In this document: positions 21,942 to 35,524 of the stretch, one piece after another
How positions within the stretch are numbered: position 1 is the stretch's first letter
Layout: the number at the start of each line of letters is the position of its first letter
NCBI RefSeq assembly: GCF_018350175.1
Contig: NC_058383.1
Coordinates: 25,360,001-25,424,000, forward strand
Reading direction: 5' to 3'
Source of the DNA: Felis catus
Taxonomy: Eukaryota
DNA length: 64,000 nucleotides
Notes under the pieces: model-generated
Database searches by the model: none
Seen by the model: only the letters and a program-made list of their open reading frames with translations
Told to the model about the DNA's origin: nothing
Translations under genes and position numbers: made by a program

Positions 21942-23679
21942 AAGAATGAAATGCACACATAACCAGGTATAAAGGGTCACCGTTGTGCAACTTCCACAGC
22001 TGGGATCTCATCTAGGGGAGGCCAAGTTATAAGCACTTCAACACATCTCCCAAATATATCCACTCTACAACCTGTTGATAAGAAGTGGGTGGCTTCCTCT
22101 GATCCAACAAAAGCATAGGGAAGGAGGCTGAATTTACATACCATAGAACTGACGCACCATCAATTTCCCCCCTTTAACACCCCAAGTCCCTCCCCCCAAC
22201 CAGCCACTCCATCTCTCTTCTCTCCCTCCTACACTGCCTCTCAAAATCCCTCATATCCTGAACAATTCAACACTCATTTTCAGCTTGCCAATTTGCCTGA
22301 AGGTCACCATCTACTGTTCATCAAATATGCCTCTCAGTTTATGCTACCATACAAACACTGATCAAATTTGGTGGACCTCTTATCAACAGTTTGAACTTGC
22401 CAGCATTCCAGAGCCTCCTGGATGAGAGTCACTGTCACATGGGGACTTGTTCCTTACACTAAGAATTCTGGCCTTTGCCCAGAGGGCATATGGAACACAG
22501 GAGGTCTTCAGTAGGGGAGTGACCCTGGGCAAATTGCCCCCGACCACACCTGACACTTCCTGAGACTTCGCCTCAGCTGCCAGGAAGAATCTAAATGCAG
22601 CTGTGGGTGTCTTTTTTCTAGTATTAATTAAAACTTTGCCTAAGGCCCAGCTGCAGAGAAGCCCATGGGGTGCAGCATGACGGGGAGCAGCTGCAACTTC
22701 AAAGAACCTGCAGGCAGCTCTATGCATGTCAGACTGAACCGTGCCCCCACCCCCCCATCCAGGCATCTTCCTGCTGGAAGCAGAGCTGGGGTCGCCATGG
22801 GGAAGGAGCATCTCTGAATGAAAACTAAAATGCTTCTGCTTCCCATAGAAGAGGGAAATAGTTATTTCCTTGGGAAAAGTCTATAAAGTAGAATCATCCC
22901 TAGGAACCCTTCTCTCTGGTCTCCTTTCAGGGCTGATGCCTGCAATCCATGACTCTTCTGGAGGGGAATCCCTTCACATTTCAGGCATGCAGTTGTACAA
23001 CATGGCAGCCTTGCCTCCCAACTCTCGAAGCCAACATCCTGCATCTGGGATCATGGGGCTCAGACAAATGTCTACTAAAAATGTCATAATTATAAAAATA
23101 ATTGCAGCTACTATTTATGGAGAATTTACCAAGGCAATCTGCTTAACATGCATTATCTCAATTAAACCTCACAATAATCTGATGAGATGGAAATTATTAT
23201 CACCAGTTGGAAGATAAGGAAGCTAAGGCTTTCACCTACTGTTAAATCCTGGACTCCCATTTAAAGGCTGTATGATGTTGAGCAAGTTACTTACTTAGCC
23301 TTTCTGCTTCAGTGACTTTCACTGAAACAAGATGCACACAAAAGTCTTCCTCTGAATGCAGCCCTCATCCTTATCCCCAGGCCTCCTCTCCAGTCTCAGA
23401 GTGATTCATAGACCATTCTCTGAGAAAGGGCATCAGCTGTGGTCTGAGACTTCAGGAATCCTAGGAGAATGAGAGGAACTATCATTGAAGTAATGAAGGT
23501 GTGAAGCTTTGGCAAAAACACAGGGTCCTGCAGCATCCTCCCTGCCAATGCCTAGCTGCTGAGAATTCACCTCTGCATTTGATAAACACTTATACCATCC
23601 TACAGATGAATATCCTGGAATGCAAATCAGACTCATCTCTCATCTGGTTAAAAACACCACCACTGGCTCCCTGTCTATT

Positions 23680-24830
23680 ACAGAATTCATTGGTAGCCAG
23701 CAATAAAAAGGAAATCCAGCAAACACGGGAGGGGTGGAAGATGAGAGCATAGGGAATTTATGATGGTTTAGGGGAGTTAGTAGGAACTCTTAGTAGCATG
23801 GGGAGAAAAAGAAAGAAATTGAATTTCAGTGAGCCTAGTCCCAAAAGAGCAATTTAGAAGACCACATAAGGAAACAGCAGAAAGTGTGGGGGAAGATCGA
23901 GCTTCAGGTACTACTGGAACCAGGAGCTCAAATGTTATCAGGCCTCTATAGCTCTCATTTCTGTTTTTCTCTGAAAGTTGCCTTTATTTTTCCCATTCGT
24001 GTGGGCCTTCACCCAGAGGGAGCATAACTGTGACAACCCCAGCTTTAGTGCTTTCATTTGAGGATGAAGAAAGGAGAGATGAGCTCTCTTACTTTAGGCT
24101 AAGTTGAAGAATTTGTGGAAGAGACAGTGGACAGACCAAAAAACAAAAGAAGCCACCCACAGTATTTCAGGATGGCTATAGATCTCTTTGATATAACAGA
24201 CTCCCAGTATGACAGTGGCTTAAATAAATTAGCTACTTTTACTCCATATAATAGTTCAGATATAAGCAGGCCAAGGCCTTGCAATGACTCCATTTTGTCC
24301 AGGACCCAGGCTCCTTCCCTCTTTTTTCTCTGCCATGCCTAGGTATTATACTCACCTACATGGTCTAAGAATACTCACCACCATGTCTATAATCTGGAAG
24401 GAAAAGGTGAGTGAGGAACCAATACTTGGCTTTTCGGGCACAACTCAGAAACTATACACATCAATTCCACTTACATCCTATTGGCCAGAATACAGCCCCA
24501 TGGCCATACCTAGCTGCAAGGGACACGGGGAAATATAGTGTTTAATCTAGGCAGCGATGTACTGCACTAAAAACTGGGGTGTTAATTAATATCACTATAG
24601 AAGGGAGGATGCACATCCAGGATGAAATCCATCTCTGCCACAGCCACCTAAGGACAGGAAAGTTCTGAGAACTAAAACCAGAATATTACCTGCAACTAAG
24701 AATATTTCCATCTCCATCACTCTTCTCTGTTTCTCTTGGATGTCTGCTTCATTAACCTCCCCCTTTTCAGTTCTGAGGCCCTTCATGTCCAGAGCAGGTA
24801 GTCTATGGCCACCTTATCATTTCTAGGCTT
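23680..24830. mobile_element. Cluster of old MLT1 (ERVL-MaLR) LTR fragments
   Basis: ccacttacatcctattggccagaa..catggccatacctagctgcaaggga motif; cagtggcttaaa. Confidence 0.6.
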
Positions 24831-25847
24831 ATACATACAGTGAAGTAAAAAGAGAAAAGCTAGGCTCCAACATAATTGGAACTTGGAACAAGCATTCACT
24901 GTCAAGTATATTTATGATTTAACTCCCGGCAATAAAAGGGCAAATAAGAATATAATGAGGGTAGGTATTAGCTTATAAGAAATAGATGTAAAGTAATGTT
25001 AATAAGAGAAATATTAAGTTATCATACAGATCAGAAGGACATGTATGTAGGAGGGATGTAGTTTGGAAGTACCGTAATTCTTAGGGTGATGAGATCAGTT
25101 TCATTCTAAATACTCTAGTGAACAACCAGCCTCAGAAGCCTAGAATAGAAAGAGATGCTCCAATCTGTCTACAGGAAAAAAGCAGTCTCTAAAGCCCAGC
25201 CAGTTGGCCCTGCATTGGAACTTCCCTCTATAGATATCAGTAACCAAGGGAAAAACCCTTGACTGTCACAGCCTGAGGCTGGTAAATCTACCAGACATCA
25301 GAAGAGATTGATGGGTATGGAGACTTGATTTTGGTGGGATGTGTTGTGGAGGTGGGGGGAGGTGCAGATCCAAGAATGGGAGGGAAACCAGAAGGGTGGG
25401 AGTACTCCAGAAAGAAAGGAATAAAGGGAGAGGGCTTAAGAAGGATGGGAGAGAAAGGAAAGCATTGGGATAGGGGGAGCATCTGCATGGGACATACTTC
25501 AAAGTCCTGGGGTGCTTTGGGCTGTGCCTGTGATCAAGATGGTCAGAATGAAGCCCTGCTGCCCCCGACACTGCATAGTTTGAAGATTAGCACCCAAACC
25601 CTGAATCATTGAGCAAAGAACTGCCCAAACTTCCATCAGAGTCCACTGTACATGCATTCAATTTGGGAAAAATAGGAACGTTGTTTCCAGGATGAGGAAA
25701 GAAGCAGCCCTTTCCTCTACCACCAGGCATCAAAACATTACCATTGTAGATGGTGAGACAGTAGGGAGGGTCCATCCTTTGGGACCCACTGAACAAAGAA
25801 GGGATGAGATTACAGCCAGATGTCCAAAAGTTAGCTAGAGATCCATC

Positions 25848-26460
25848 ATATTAGTTTGCTAGGGCTTCCATAATGAAGTACACAGACTGGGTGGCTTAAA
25901 CACAGGCATGTATTTTCCCCTTATTTTGGAGGCTAGAAGAGAATAAGATCAAGGTGCCAGTAGCATCAGTTTCTTCTAAGCCTCTTACCCTGGCTTATTT
26001 GTGGCTGTCTTTTCCCTGTGTCTTCACACAGTCTTCCCTCTGTGTGTGTCTGTGTCCTAATTTCTTCTTATAAGGCCACCAGTCATCAGGTCCAGCCTGA
26101 TGATCTCATTTAATCTTAATTACCATTTAAAAACTCGGGGCGCCTGGGTGGCTCAGTCGGTTGAGCGTCCGACTTCAGCTCAGGTCACAATCTCGCGGTC
26201 CGTGAGTTCGAGCCCCGCGTCGGGCTCTGGGCTGATGGCTCAGAGCCTGGAGCCTGCTTCCATTCTGTGTCTCCCCCTCTCTCTGCCCCTCCCCCGTTCA
26301 TGCTCTGTCTCTCTCTGTGTCAAAAATAAATAAAACGTTAAAAAAAATTAAAAATAAATAAATAAAAACTCTATCTCCAAAGACAGTCATATTCTAAGGT
26401 TAGCATTGGGGCTAAGCACTTCAACATACGAATTTTAGGGGAGAAACAATTCAGCCTATC
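25848..26460 (-). mobile_element. MLT1C/D-like LTR interrupted by a SINE
   Basis: tattagtttgctagggct..cacagactgggtggcttaaa..tatctccaaa..acttcaacata..acaattcagcc. Confidence 0.85.
26137..26362 (+). mobile_element. Young CpG-rich cat-type SINE
   Basis: ggggcgcctgggtggctcagtcgg..gggctgatggctcagagcc; TSD taaaaactc. Confidence 0.95.
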
Positions 26461-28862
26461 ATATCCACACTAATGAGCCAAAGGGAGCTTGCCTAGTGAT
26501 TCCACATGCCATATAGTAGCCACTCCAGAGATGGACAACTCTTTCTCAGCTCCATTTACAAATCTTGGGACAGAGGATTTGGGGTTGGTCCAGATGTCCA
26601 TCCCTGGTCCCATCAGCTATGGTCAAGGAAGTGGGTTCAAGAACAAACATGGTTGTCAAGATTCTGCCTGTAGATGGTAGCAGCAGGCTATGGGTCTGTG
26701 GCTTTGACAGACATCCCATATCACCTATCAGAATCAACTCAAGCTCTTCAATAGAGCATACAAAATCCTTTACTCCTTAACCCCTTAACCTGAGCTATAT
26801 CCCCTGCTGCCCCTACACAAATCCCACCCTTCATCCATGCTACAGGTACAATTCCCTGCATTCACCTCACTGTTTCATGCCTCTGGTCCTTTACTCAGGC
26901 TGTTTCCTCCATCTACCAAACCTTTCTGGTTTGGTGTTTGTCTTCCTGACAAGCTCTCACTTATATTTCAAAGCCCAATTGGAGCATTTCTTTTGGAAAA
27001 TCTTTCCTGATTTCCTGTAGAGTCAGCCTCCCTCTTTTGTTTCATTCTGTGCCTTGTATGTACTTTTTATAACACTTAGAACACTGAGCCACAACTTTTG
27101 TTAGATTGTTTTTCTCTTGAAGTAGACTCTGGGTTCCAGGATAGCAGAGAAAATTTACCTTACCTACCTCAAAATCTAGTGCAGTACCTTGCTTTGTACT
27201 CAAAAAATATTTGTGGAATGAATGATAGTCATCAACTGGGCACAATGGTATACACAGTTTATGAATAAAACATGAAGCCCCTGCCCTTTAGGAATCTCTG
27301 AGTGACTGAGGGGGATATTAATATGAATAATGACTATAAAAATAAAGATATAAACCAAAGGCTAAGGAAGTGCAGAGGAAGCTGTCGTTTAAAGTGGGAG
27401 GATTGTGGAAGGCTTCTGGGAAGAGGTGACTGAGTGTAGTCACTAAGGATGAGGAGGAATTTGCCACTGGTGTTAGATGGGAGGGGGAACTGGAAAGAGA
27501 AGGCCATATTGAGGAACGAATGAACAAGACATGGGAAAAGGACCTTTCCAGGCTTGTAGATGCCACACAGCACAGTTATAGGGACAACAAGGCCATGGAA
27601 TACCAGGTAAGGAAGGACAGCATCATGTTGGTGTTCTGAGAAAAGGAGTCCCCAGTCATTCTTAGGAATAAGCTGGAAAGAGAGAATCGTTTTTGTGATG
27701 TTACTCATGGAGCCACCAACTCTTTAGGGCATCCATCCAGAGTCTCTCCATGGATTTTCTCAGGAGAGAGGGAAGGACACTTGGGGTTGCCAACACTCTT
27801 GGAGCCAGAGAAGCCAAGCCTTCAGAGTCTGGAAGTTGTACTGACCTCCTCCGTTTCCTCCCCAAATGACAGAGAGGGGAGGCTGGCCACCTAAGCCTGA
27901 AATGAAACATTCACCTTCTGCCACCTCCACTCCAACAGAATTTTTTTTAACCTCTGATTTCACTGCACTCTGACAGTCATGGGCAGGTTGATTCACCTCT
28001 TTGAGCTTCAGTTGTTCATCTGAGAAAAGATGGTAATGACCCCAAAGAGTTACTGTGCAGATTAAAGTTAACTCAGGTCAAACATCTAACACATGCCTGA
28101 CATCTAACAGCTACTCAGTTAACAGTGGTCACTGCAATTAATTTTTTAAATAAAATTGTGCTTGTCTTACCTCTCCTATTCTAGAACTATAAGTTCCTAT
28201 AGAGGATTCAGACCCCAGGTTGTCCAGCATATATTTATGCTTAATAAATGTATGTTAAATCAATGAATGCTTAGAATCCTAGAGTTTTCAGACTGGGCGA
28301 TAGCCAATCCAATCCCTCTTTTGACATACAGAGGGAACAGACTCCCGACTCTACCATGTGTAATCTTAGCTATTACTTAGCCTCTTGGCTAAGTTTCCTT
28401 AATGGTAAAAATGGAACAGCTATTTTAATGGATTGCCATGGGAATTAAATTAGTAAATATATATGAAGCATTAAGACCAGTGTCTGGCACATAATAACCA
28501 TCAGTAAATGTTAGTACTGTAATAAGATGATTGAGACTGGTCCTAGGCCACACAGTGACTTAGCAGCAAACCTGAATCTGGAACCATGTTTTCCTGTCTC
28601 CAAGTCTATCACTTTCTCCATTATACCCCCCTGCTTTCAGTGGGACCATATGCTCTGTACCCTAGTTCCTGAATTCATATGTGGTATGACAGTCCTGACA
28701 GACTGCAAGCTGACCTCTAATTCCTGGGGAGGATTTCCCAGCCAATCTCATTGTCAGCCAAACCAAGGCCTTGGCCAGCTCAGTGTCCCGCCATCACTGA
28801 GCACTCTCTCTGCTTGCAGGATCCCACACATGCTAAACTGCTTCCTCTTCAATTACATAGAT

Positions 28863-29080
28863 CACTTTGTCTCAATCAGGGCAGATTTTGCCCCTGAGAG
28901 GACATTTGACAATATCTGGAGACATTTTTAGTTGTCAAACTTAGGATGGAGGGTACTACTGGCATCTAGTGGGTAGAGGCCAGCAATGCTGTTAAACTAA
29001 CCTATAGTGCACGGGGCAGCCCCAACAACAAAGAGTTATTCAGTTCAGAATGTCCCTGAGCTGCTGCTGAAAAAGCCTAA
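28863..29080 (+). mobile_element. MER20 (hAT-Charlie)
   Basis: gattttgcccc..ggacatttgacaatatctggagacatt..ctactggcatctagtgggtagaggccag. Confidence 0.85.
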
Positions 29081-30744
29081 TGTAGATGAATGTGCATTTA
29101 GATGCAAATGTATCTGTTTCACATCTGTTTTATAGCCTCATAATTGGCAGGTTGTGGAAAAAACAGTAACTTTGACATGAGAGACCAGCGTTCAGATTCC
29201 AGGTATGTCATTTACTAGCTATGTGACCTTGACATAATACTTAACTTCTCTGAGCCTCAGATTCCTCATCTGTGAACTGGAGATAATTATGCCATAGTGA
29301 AACTTTGTGATGATAGACAGAAAGTACCTAGTACGTGCCTCAGACATAATAAGTAGGTAGTAGGAGGCATCTGTTATTATTTACCTCCTCATTTTTGTAA
29401 GGTATATAAATGTAGGTATTTGAAAATGTTGGTTGGGATAAGCCAGAAGTTAACTGACAGAAACAGATTAATGGATGTCGATGGATGGCTTAGGGCCAAG
29501 GAAGACTCTAAGGCAAGAAATGAGACCTTGGTCAAGGTGATTGTAGGGAATTGAGGAAAAGATGGCAGACGAAAGAATCCATACAGGTACAGGAATCCAT
29601 ACATAGTTCAGGTCCTATGTTAGTCATTTTATAGACATCATCATTAATTCATTCAATAAAAATTCAGTGAGCATCTATTATGTACTAAGCCCTGTGCTAG
29701 CACATCATTTATTTGTTCATATCTTTATTTATTCTGTAGTTACTCACTGAGTACCTATTCTGTACCAGACACTGTATTTCTATTCCATACACGACTCCCT
29801 TTCCCATCCATTCATGCACTCACTCACTAATTTATTATTTAATTAACTCTTTCAACAACTGCTTATAGGAACTTGTGCTATACCAGACACTAGGTTAACA
29901 ACTGACAAAAGATTAAAAGCTCTAGAAAGGGAAGAGATGGCTCATGGGTGAACCTTCATCTAAAATGGGGAACCACAAGGGAAGCAATGATCCTAGGCTT
30001 TATAGAATCATGGTGCAATCTGCTTAGTGGTCAAAACTTTATGGGGAGAATGCTCTGTAGAGTAGAACTTGCTTTTCTCAAGACTCCCACGTTGTCACCA
30101 ATATAGATATGAATGATAAAGTCTGAGGTCTGATTAGAATGGAGAGGTGATTTTCTAGGGTTTGGTTGCAGAGAACATAATCCACTTCAGCTACTAAAGC
30201 ACAGATCTCTTGGGCTTTGGACCCTGTGCAAAGGGTCCTTTGGACCCTTGTACAGAGATGGATTTTAGAATCCTTGGAACAACTGAAGAAACAGCTTCTA
30301 GAATGAGCTTCTAAGAGTGACTCCGAAAACAACACACCAGAACTGAGCCCCAAAGGATCCTCTGCTCCACCAGACTGAAGAAGCTGCCTGCCAAACTAGG
30401 AATCTGCAAACTATAGATCCAAAGTGTCTCTGCTATGCACTGTACCAGCAAAAAGAGTGCCTCTTACCTTGCTCCCTACTTAACTCAGTTCAGAATCTGA
30501 GTTTCAAGCAAGTGTGTCTGATTTTCAGAAATCCTCTCTGGGAGATGTAGTTTCTTTCTAGGAAGAAAAGTACCTTTAAAGGAAGCTGGAATAAAAGTGG
30601 ATTGAGTCAACTCACAGTTTTCCTCACAGAAGATTAATTTAATTGTAAATCTGGATTCTGTAGCTAAATCTAACACTTTAAATTACCACCACAATACACT
30701 GTTCCATGACTGGTTTAAGCCTTTCCCTTTAAAAGGCTGGCTGA

Positions 30745-31274
30745 TACAGAGAAAGACAGATACCATATGTTTTCACTCTTATGTGGATCCTGAGACACTT
30801 AACAGAAACCCATGGGGGAGGGGAAGGAAATAAAAAAAAAGAGGTTAGAGTGGGAGAGAGCCAAAGCATAAGAGACTCTTAAAAACTAAGAACAGGGGCA
30901 CCTGGGTGGCTCAGTCGGTTAAGCGTCCGACTTCGGCTCAGGTCGTGATCTCACGGTCCGTGAGTTTGAGTCCCACGTTGGGCTCTGTGCTGACAGCTCA
31001 GAACCTGGAGCCTGCTTCTGATTCTGTGTCTCCCTCTCTCTCTGACCCTCCCCCATTCATGCTCTGTCTCTCTCTGTCTCAAAAAAATAAACATTAAAAA
31101 ATTGTTTAAAAAAGTGAGAACAAACTGAGGGTTGATGGGGGGTGGGAGAGAGGAGAGGGTGGGTGATGGGTATTGAGGAGGGCACCTTTTGGGATGAGCA
31201 CTGGGTGTTGTATGGAAACCAATTTGACAATAAATTTCATATACTGATAAAAAATAAAAAATAAATAAAAAAAT
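30745..31274 (+). mobile_element. 5'-truncated young cat L1 3' end (different lineage from the two full-length copies), split by a SINE
   Basis: gagccaaagcataagagactctt..gggatgagcactgggtgttgtatggaaaccaatttgac 3' UTR; perfect TSD aaaaggctggctga at 30731 and 31275. Confidence 0.92.
30895..31108 (+). mobile_element. Can-SINE nested in L1 3' UTR
   Basis: TSD aaaaactaagaaca / aaaaagtgagaaca. Confidence 0.95.
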
Positions 31275-31519
31275 AAAAGGCTGGCTGAGTTTAAGCAAGC
31301 TAATGGTCCATTCTTACTGCAGCCCAAATGAATCAGAATTTCTGTGAATAGGGACCAGGAATCTGTATTTTTTTAACTCCTGTAGTAAGCCCTCGGATCA
31401 GCACAATTTCAGACCACAGAGAATAGTTAATTCATACCAAATGGCTTGATTAACCTCTCAGGAATATGTGCATCTCAACAGAATACAATTACCTGTAACT
31501 CAAAAGAGTAGTTGGTCTA

Positions 31520-31722
31520 GGGGAGCCTGGGTGGCTCGACTAGTCAGTTAAGCATCCGACTTCTGCTTGGGTCATGTTCTCATGGTTAGTAAGTTTGAGC
31601 CCAACACCAGGCTCTCTGCTGCCAGCATGACAGCATGCTTCAGATCCTCTATCTTCCTCTCTCTTCCCCTCCCTGGCTTGTGTTCTCTCTCTCTCAAAAA
31701 TAAAACAAACATTATAAAAAAA
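31520..31722 (+). mobile_element. Can-SINE
   Basis: TSD aaaagagta(gt/ca)tggtcta at 31502 and 31723. Confidence 0.93.
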
Positions 31723-32798
31723 AAAAGAGTACATGGTCTAATGTCAGAAGAATACTGTTAGCAGAAAAGAGCTTTCTGGTTTCATCAAACTAAACCAGGT
31801 GGGCACCACTCATTTCCAAATGTAGTCAAATCTTCCTTAAGAGGTTTTAGGAACTTTCCCCAGCATTGAAATAGGAGTGCCAACTACAGTAACTAACTAG
31901 ATAGTTGCAGAGTTAGATCTCAAGAACTGAAATCAGACACACATCAGACAAAACAGTCTTTGCTCTCATAATGCTAACCACCTAACAGAATAAACTAACA
32001 GGTAACCAGACAACCATTTACCATTTAGGGATGATAAGTAAGTGCCCTGAAATTAGGGCAGGGGCTATATACACAAGGCAGTGTGGAAACATTGACGTGG
32101 ATCCTTACTCAGCCTACAGGCAATGGGAAGTCTTCTTGAAGGAAGTGATGTCTTAGCTCAGATCTGAAGGATGAATTCGTCAGGCACAGAGGCTGGCAAG
32201 AGGAAAGAGTGCTCCAAGAGCAGAGACCCACGTGTGCAAAGGCCTGGAGTCCTGAAAGAACCTGGCATGTTTGAAGAACTGGAATGTGTTCAGCACGGCC
32301 AGGGAACAAAAAACAAAATTACTAATTCTGAAAGCAGTCCTGTACAAAGGGAAAGCAAGGGAGGCAACATCAGGAGACATCCTGGAAGGGCAGAGAGACC
32401 TGGCATGGACTTTCCCAAGGATTGAGCATGGATCATTCAATGCCCAGAAAAAAGCAAGCAGCCTGCACATCTACTAACTGGCTGCAACTGAGCTGAACAG
32501 GCGGGAATAAGCAGCAAGTCCAGTAAGGCTAGAATGAAATCATTGTCCCAGGTTCATGCTAGCAGAACTTCTAAAGAAGAAAAGCTTTCAGTGGGCTTGC
32601 AAGAGAAGCCTGAGCATAATTCTAATTACCGCAGGAGTCTCCATTTAGAAGCACATAGCACAGATTGTGTCTTTAAACCAAGCACATTGGGAACACAGTT
32701 AATCTTTCAGTCCATCAACACTGCATGGTTCCTTTCAGGCTCCATTCCCATTCTTGCATCCTATCTAGGTAATGGGGACACTGGAGAGCAGGTGCAGG

Positions 32799-32838
32799 GA
32801 CACACACACACACACACACATACACACACGCACACACA
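32799..32838 (+). repeat. Interrupted (CA)n microsatellite
   Basis: Read directly. Confidence 0.95.
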
Positions 32839-33044
32839 GAAGCTCACTGATGAATGCGTAGTTCTCACCCATTCTTCCCGGTAAGCTCCACCCCTACTAA
32901 GCCCTTCTGGCTTTTGACCTCCGGGCTAGTTCTCCCGTTTTCCTGCTCACCTGACCTTCCACACTAAGCACCACCTTGCTATGCCTTGACTACCCTCAGC
33001 TGTAATCTGAATTTTCCTTCCAACTAGGCTGCCTTAAAAGATGT

Positions 33045-33163
33045 TTGGGTAACTAACACTTATCTTGATAAGCACTGAGAAATGGGTAGAATTGGTGAAT
33101 CATCATATTGTATACCTGAAACTAATATAACACTGTAAGTTAGTTATACTTGAATTAAAAAAA
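33045..33163 (+). mobile_element. Short carnivore L1 3' terminal fragment
   Basis: gaatcatcatattgtatacctgaaactaatataacactgt + A tail. Confidence 0.8.
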
Positions 33164-34783
33164 TAGCTGCTTTGATAGACACTCTCCTTGTTTTACCCTG
33201 GATAGTGTTTTGTGATGAAAAGATTGTAAGTCTTGAAGACTTGTTTTAAACACTGGCTCTACCCCTTCCTAGCCCTTCTACCCCTTCCTAGCTTTATGAC
33301 TCTGAGTAAATGATGACTTTGAGTAAGTGATGTAGCCTCAGTTTCCATATCTGCAAAATGGAAACAACAATATCTACCTTAGCCTTGCAGTGGAAATCAA
33401 ATGAGAAACCCATGTAATACATTTACTACAGTATCCAGCATATAAATATGCTAGAAAAGTGAAATTTTATTTTCTTTTCTCTCACCAAAAGGAGTGGTTT
33501 TCTCATGGCCACTGGTCTGATATTAAGTAATTATTACGATCATGTTTTCTTTTTCCGGTTTCCCAGATTATGTTGAGCAGAAACCAGATAGTAGCACTTG
33601 TTTAGAATTTCTTGCATTCTTAGCAATTCTAAGAATAACCATTGCAGCACTAATAATAATGCATATTTGATTTCTCCCACACTTTGTCTCAGAGAGTATG
33701 ATGTTTCTATATAGTCAGTTGTTTTGTGGTTCCTTTGTTTCACAGACTTTCTTGCTGCTCCTATTAAGAATTTATCTTTGAATTATCACAGTGGCAATGA
33801 TAAGTGAAATGTAGTCTAGAGAGTTTAAATCAGTTGCTCATGTCCATCTCAGCAATGCCATAGATGTAGCCCATTACTCTAGTGGGCTACCAGATGTGGT
33901 ACTTCCCTGACAGGGGCCATTGGAAATGTGGGACATACATGGGGTTGTCATAGTGACCAAGGGGGCACCATTAGCATCTGGAGAAGCCAACTGCACAAAC
34001 TATCTGCAATGTTCACAGTTTGTCCAGGTCCAGATGTCTGTGGTGACCCACCAAGAAACACCATATAAAGCCCAATGAAGCCACACACAGAAATTCTGGG
34101 GGAACTGAGGCTGGGCTGAAGGGTTATTTCCATCCAAAGCAGATTTTCAATTAAAAAAAAAAGTTATTTAACATATGTAATAGACAGGTAAGAGATACGA
34201 ATTGAGTTCTTCTATAAATTAAACAGACAAAAAACTGTCATAGTACTTTATTTTCTCTAAATCAAATTTGAATCCCAGTTTCATCCCATTGGCCAAGCAG
34301 GATATTCAATTCCAGTCATTATCAGAGCTTCCTCTCACTCTCCAGGACTAGAAAAGGGCCTCAAAGTTAGAAAGAGCAGAATATTCTAGGAGTCATTTTG
34401 CTTTCTGAAATCAGGGAGCTCTACTGTGATGGGTCTTGCTTGGCCACGGGAGCCCTGAAGGATGCTAGAAGCCCAGTGTCTAAGAATAGCTCCATAGGTG
34501 TACCTTGACCATCCATCCTGAGATCTTGATACCCCAAAGTTTGTGAGGGAGCCAGCCACACATTCTAATATCTCACAGAACCTATCTACCTTCCTAGACT
34601 TGGGGTTCACTTTTCTCTTCTCTCGGGCCTTCTCACTTCTGCAACTCCCAGTAAGAACTTGTCCCCCTCCATCCTCACTTTTTTTAGGACTCATATAGTA
34701 TTTTCTCTCCCAAAAAAGTCCAGGAAGGGGGCTCAACTCTCAGGCAAAGACCTATAATGAACTGGCTCCTTTCTTGGGAAACC

Positions 34784-35524
34784 CCTTATTTCATTTATTC
34801 TAAGATATACATCTTTTCCTGCTTTATAACATCTCTGATATCATGAGGCATCTCATTGTTGATGGCATCTTACCATAGCTTTTGATAAATCTCAAGACAT
34901 AGGTATCATTTCCTGTGCATATTCAAATTTGGTTGGTACTCCAGGTGGCATGACTGGACACCTACAACTCCTTGACCTTTCAGTCAACAAACCACTGAAG
35001 ATCACTTAAGGAAGGGATATGAGTCTTGGCTGTTATCTGAAAACCTTTCACTGCAACATCCTGATAAGATCAAGAAAATGTCAACATCAGAATTTGTAGA
35101 ATTTTCGTCAAAGAAAATCCCAGAGACAACGATGGAAGGACTCTTCTAGGAAATACCACATCACCAACACTGAACAAGACAGAGAGTGACACCATGAGGA
35201 AAAAACAGACACCAGTGACCACAGATGACTCTGAGTTGAAAAGTGATTCATAGGCATTACACATTGAATGTGAAGAGGTTTCAGGACTACTCCAAACAAT
35301 TATTTGCTTTAATTTTCTTTTTCATATGTCCATAAGAGTGATACATGTTGGAAATCTATGTCTCAAAGGGGCTAGCAAGCTCTTTTCATAAGTATAAAAT
35401 TAAAATTCTAAATGATAAGCATGTCTCATAGCTTAATTGGTAGTGTGTTTTGTTTTTTCTTAGTGAAATATAAAATAGCAGTGCATCTTACAATCAACAG
35501 CATCTTAAATTCCAGGAGATAAGG
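34784..35524 (+). mobile_element. Kanga1-like TcMar-Tc2 DNA transposon deletion derivative with transposase remnant
   Basis: Imperfect TIRs ccttatttc..tctaagat / atcttaaa..gagataagg followed by ta; translation GTPGGMTGHLQLLDLSVNKPLK/DHLRKGYESWL matches the pogo/Tc2 DDE_1 motif. Confidence 0.8.

Noticed and set aside
33259..33292. Short direct repeats (ctaccccttcctagc x2; also aacaataattaagg x2 near 48174-48207 and gaatccataca x2 near 29575-29603)
   Set aside because: Ordinary micro-duplications, mostly within decayed repeats; no sign of function.
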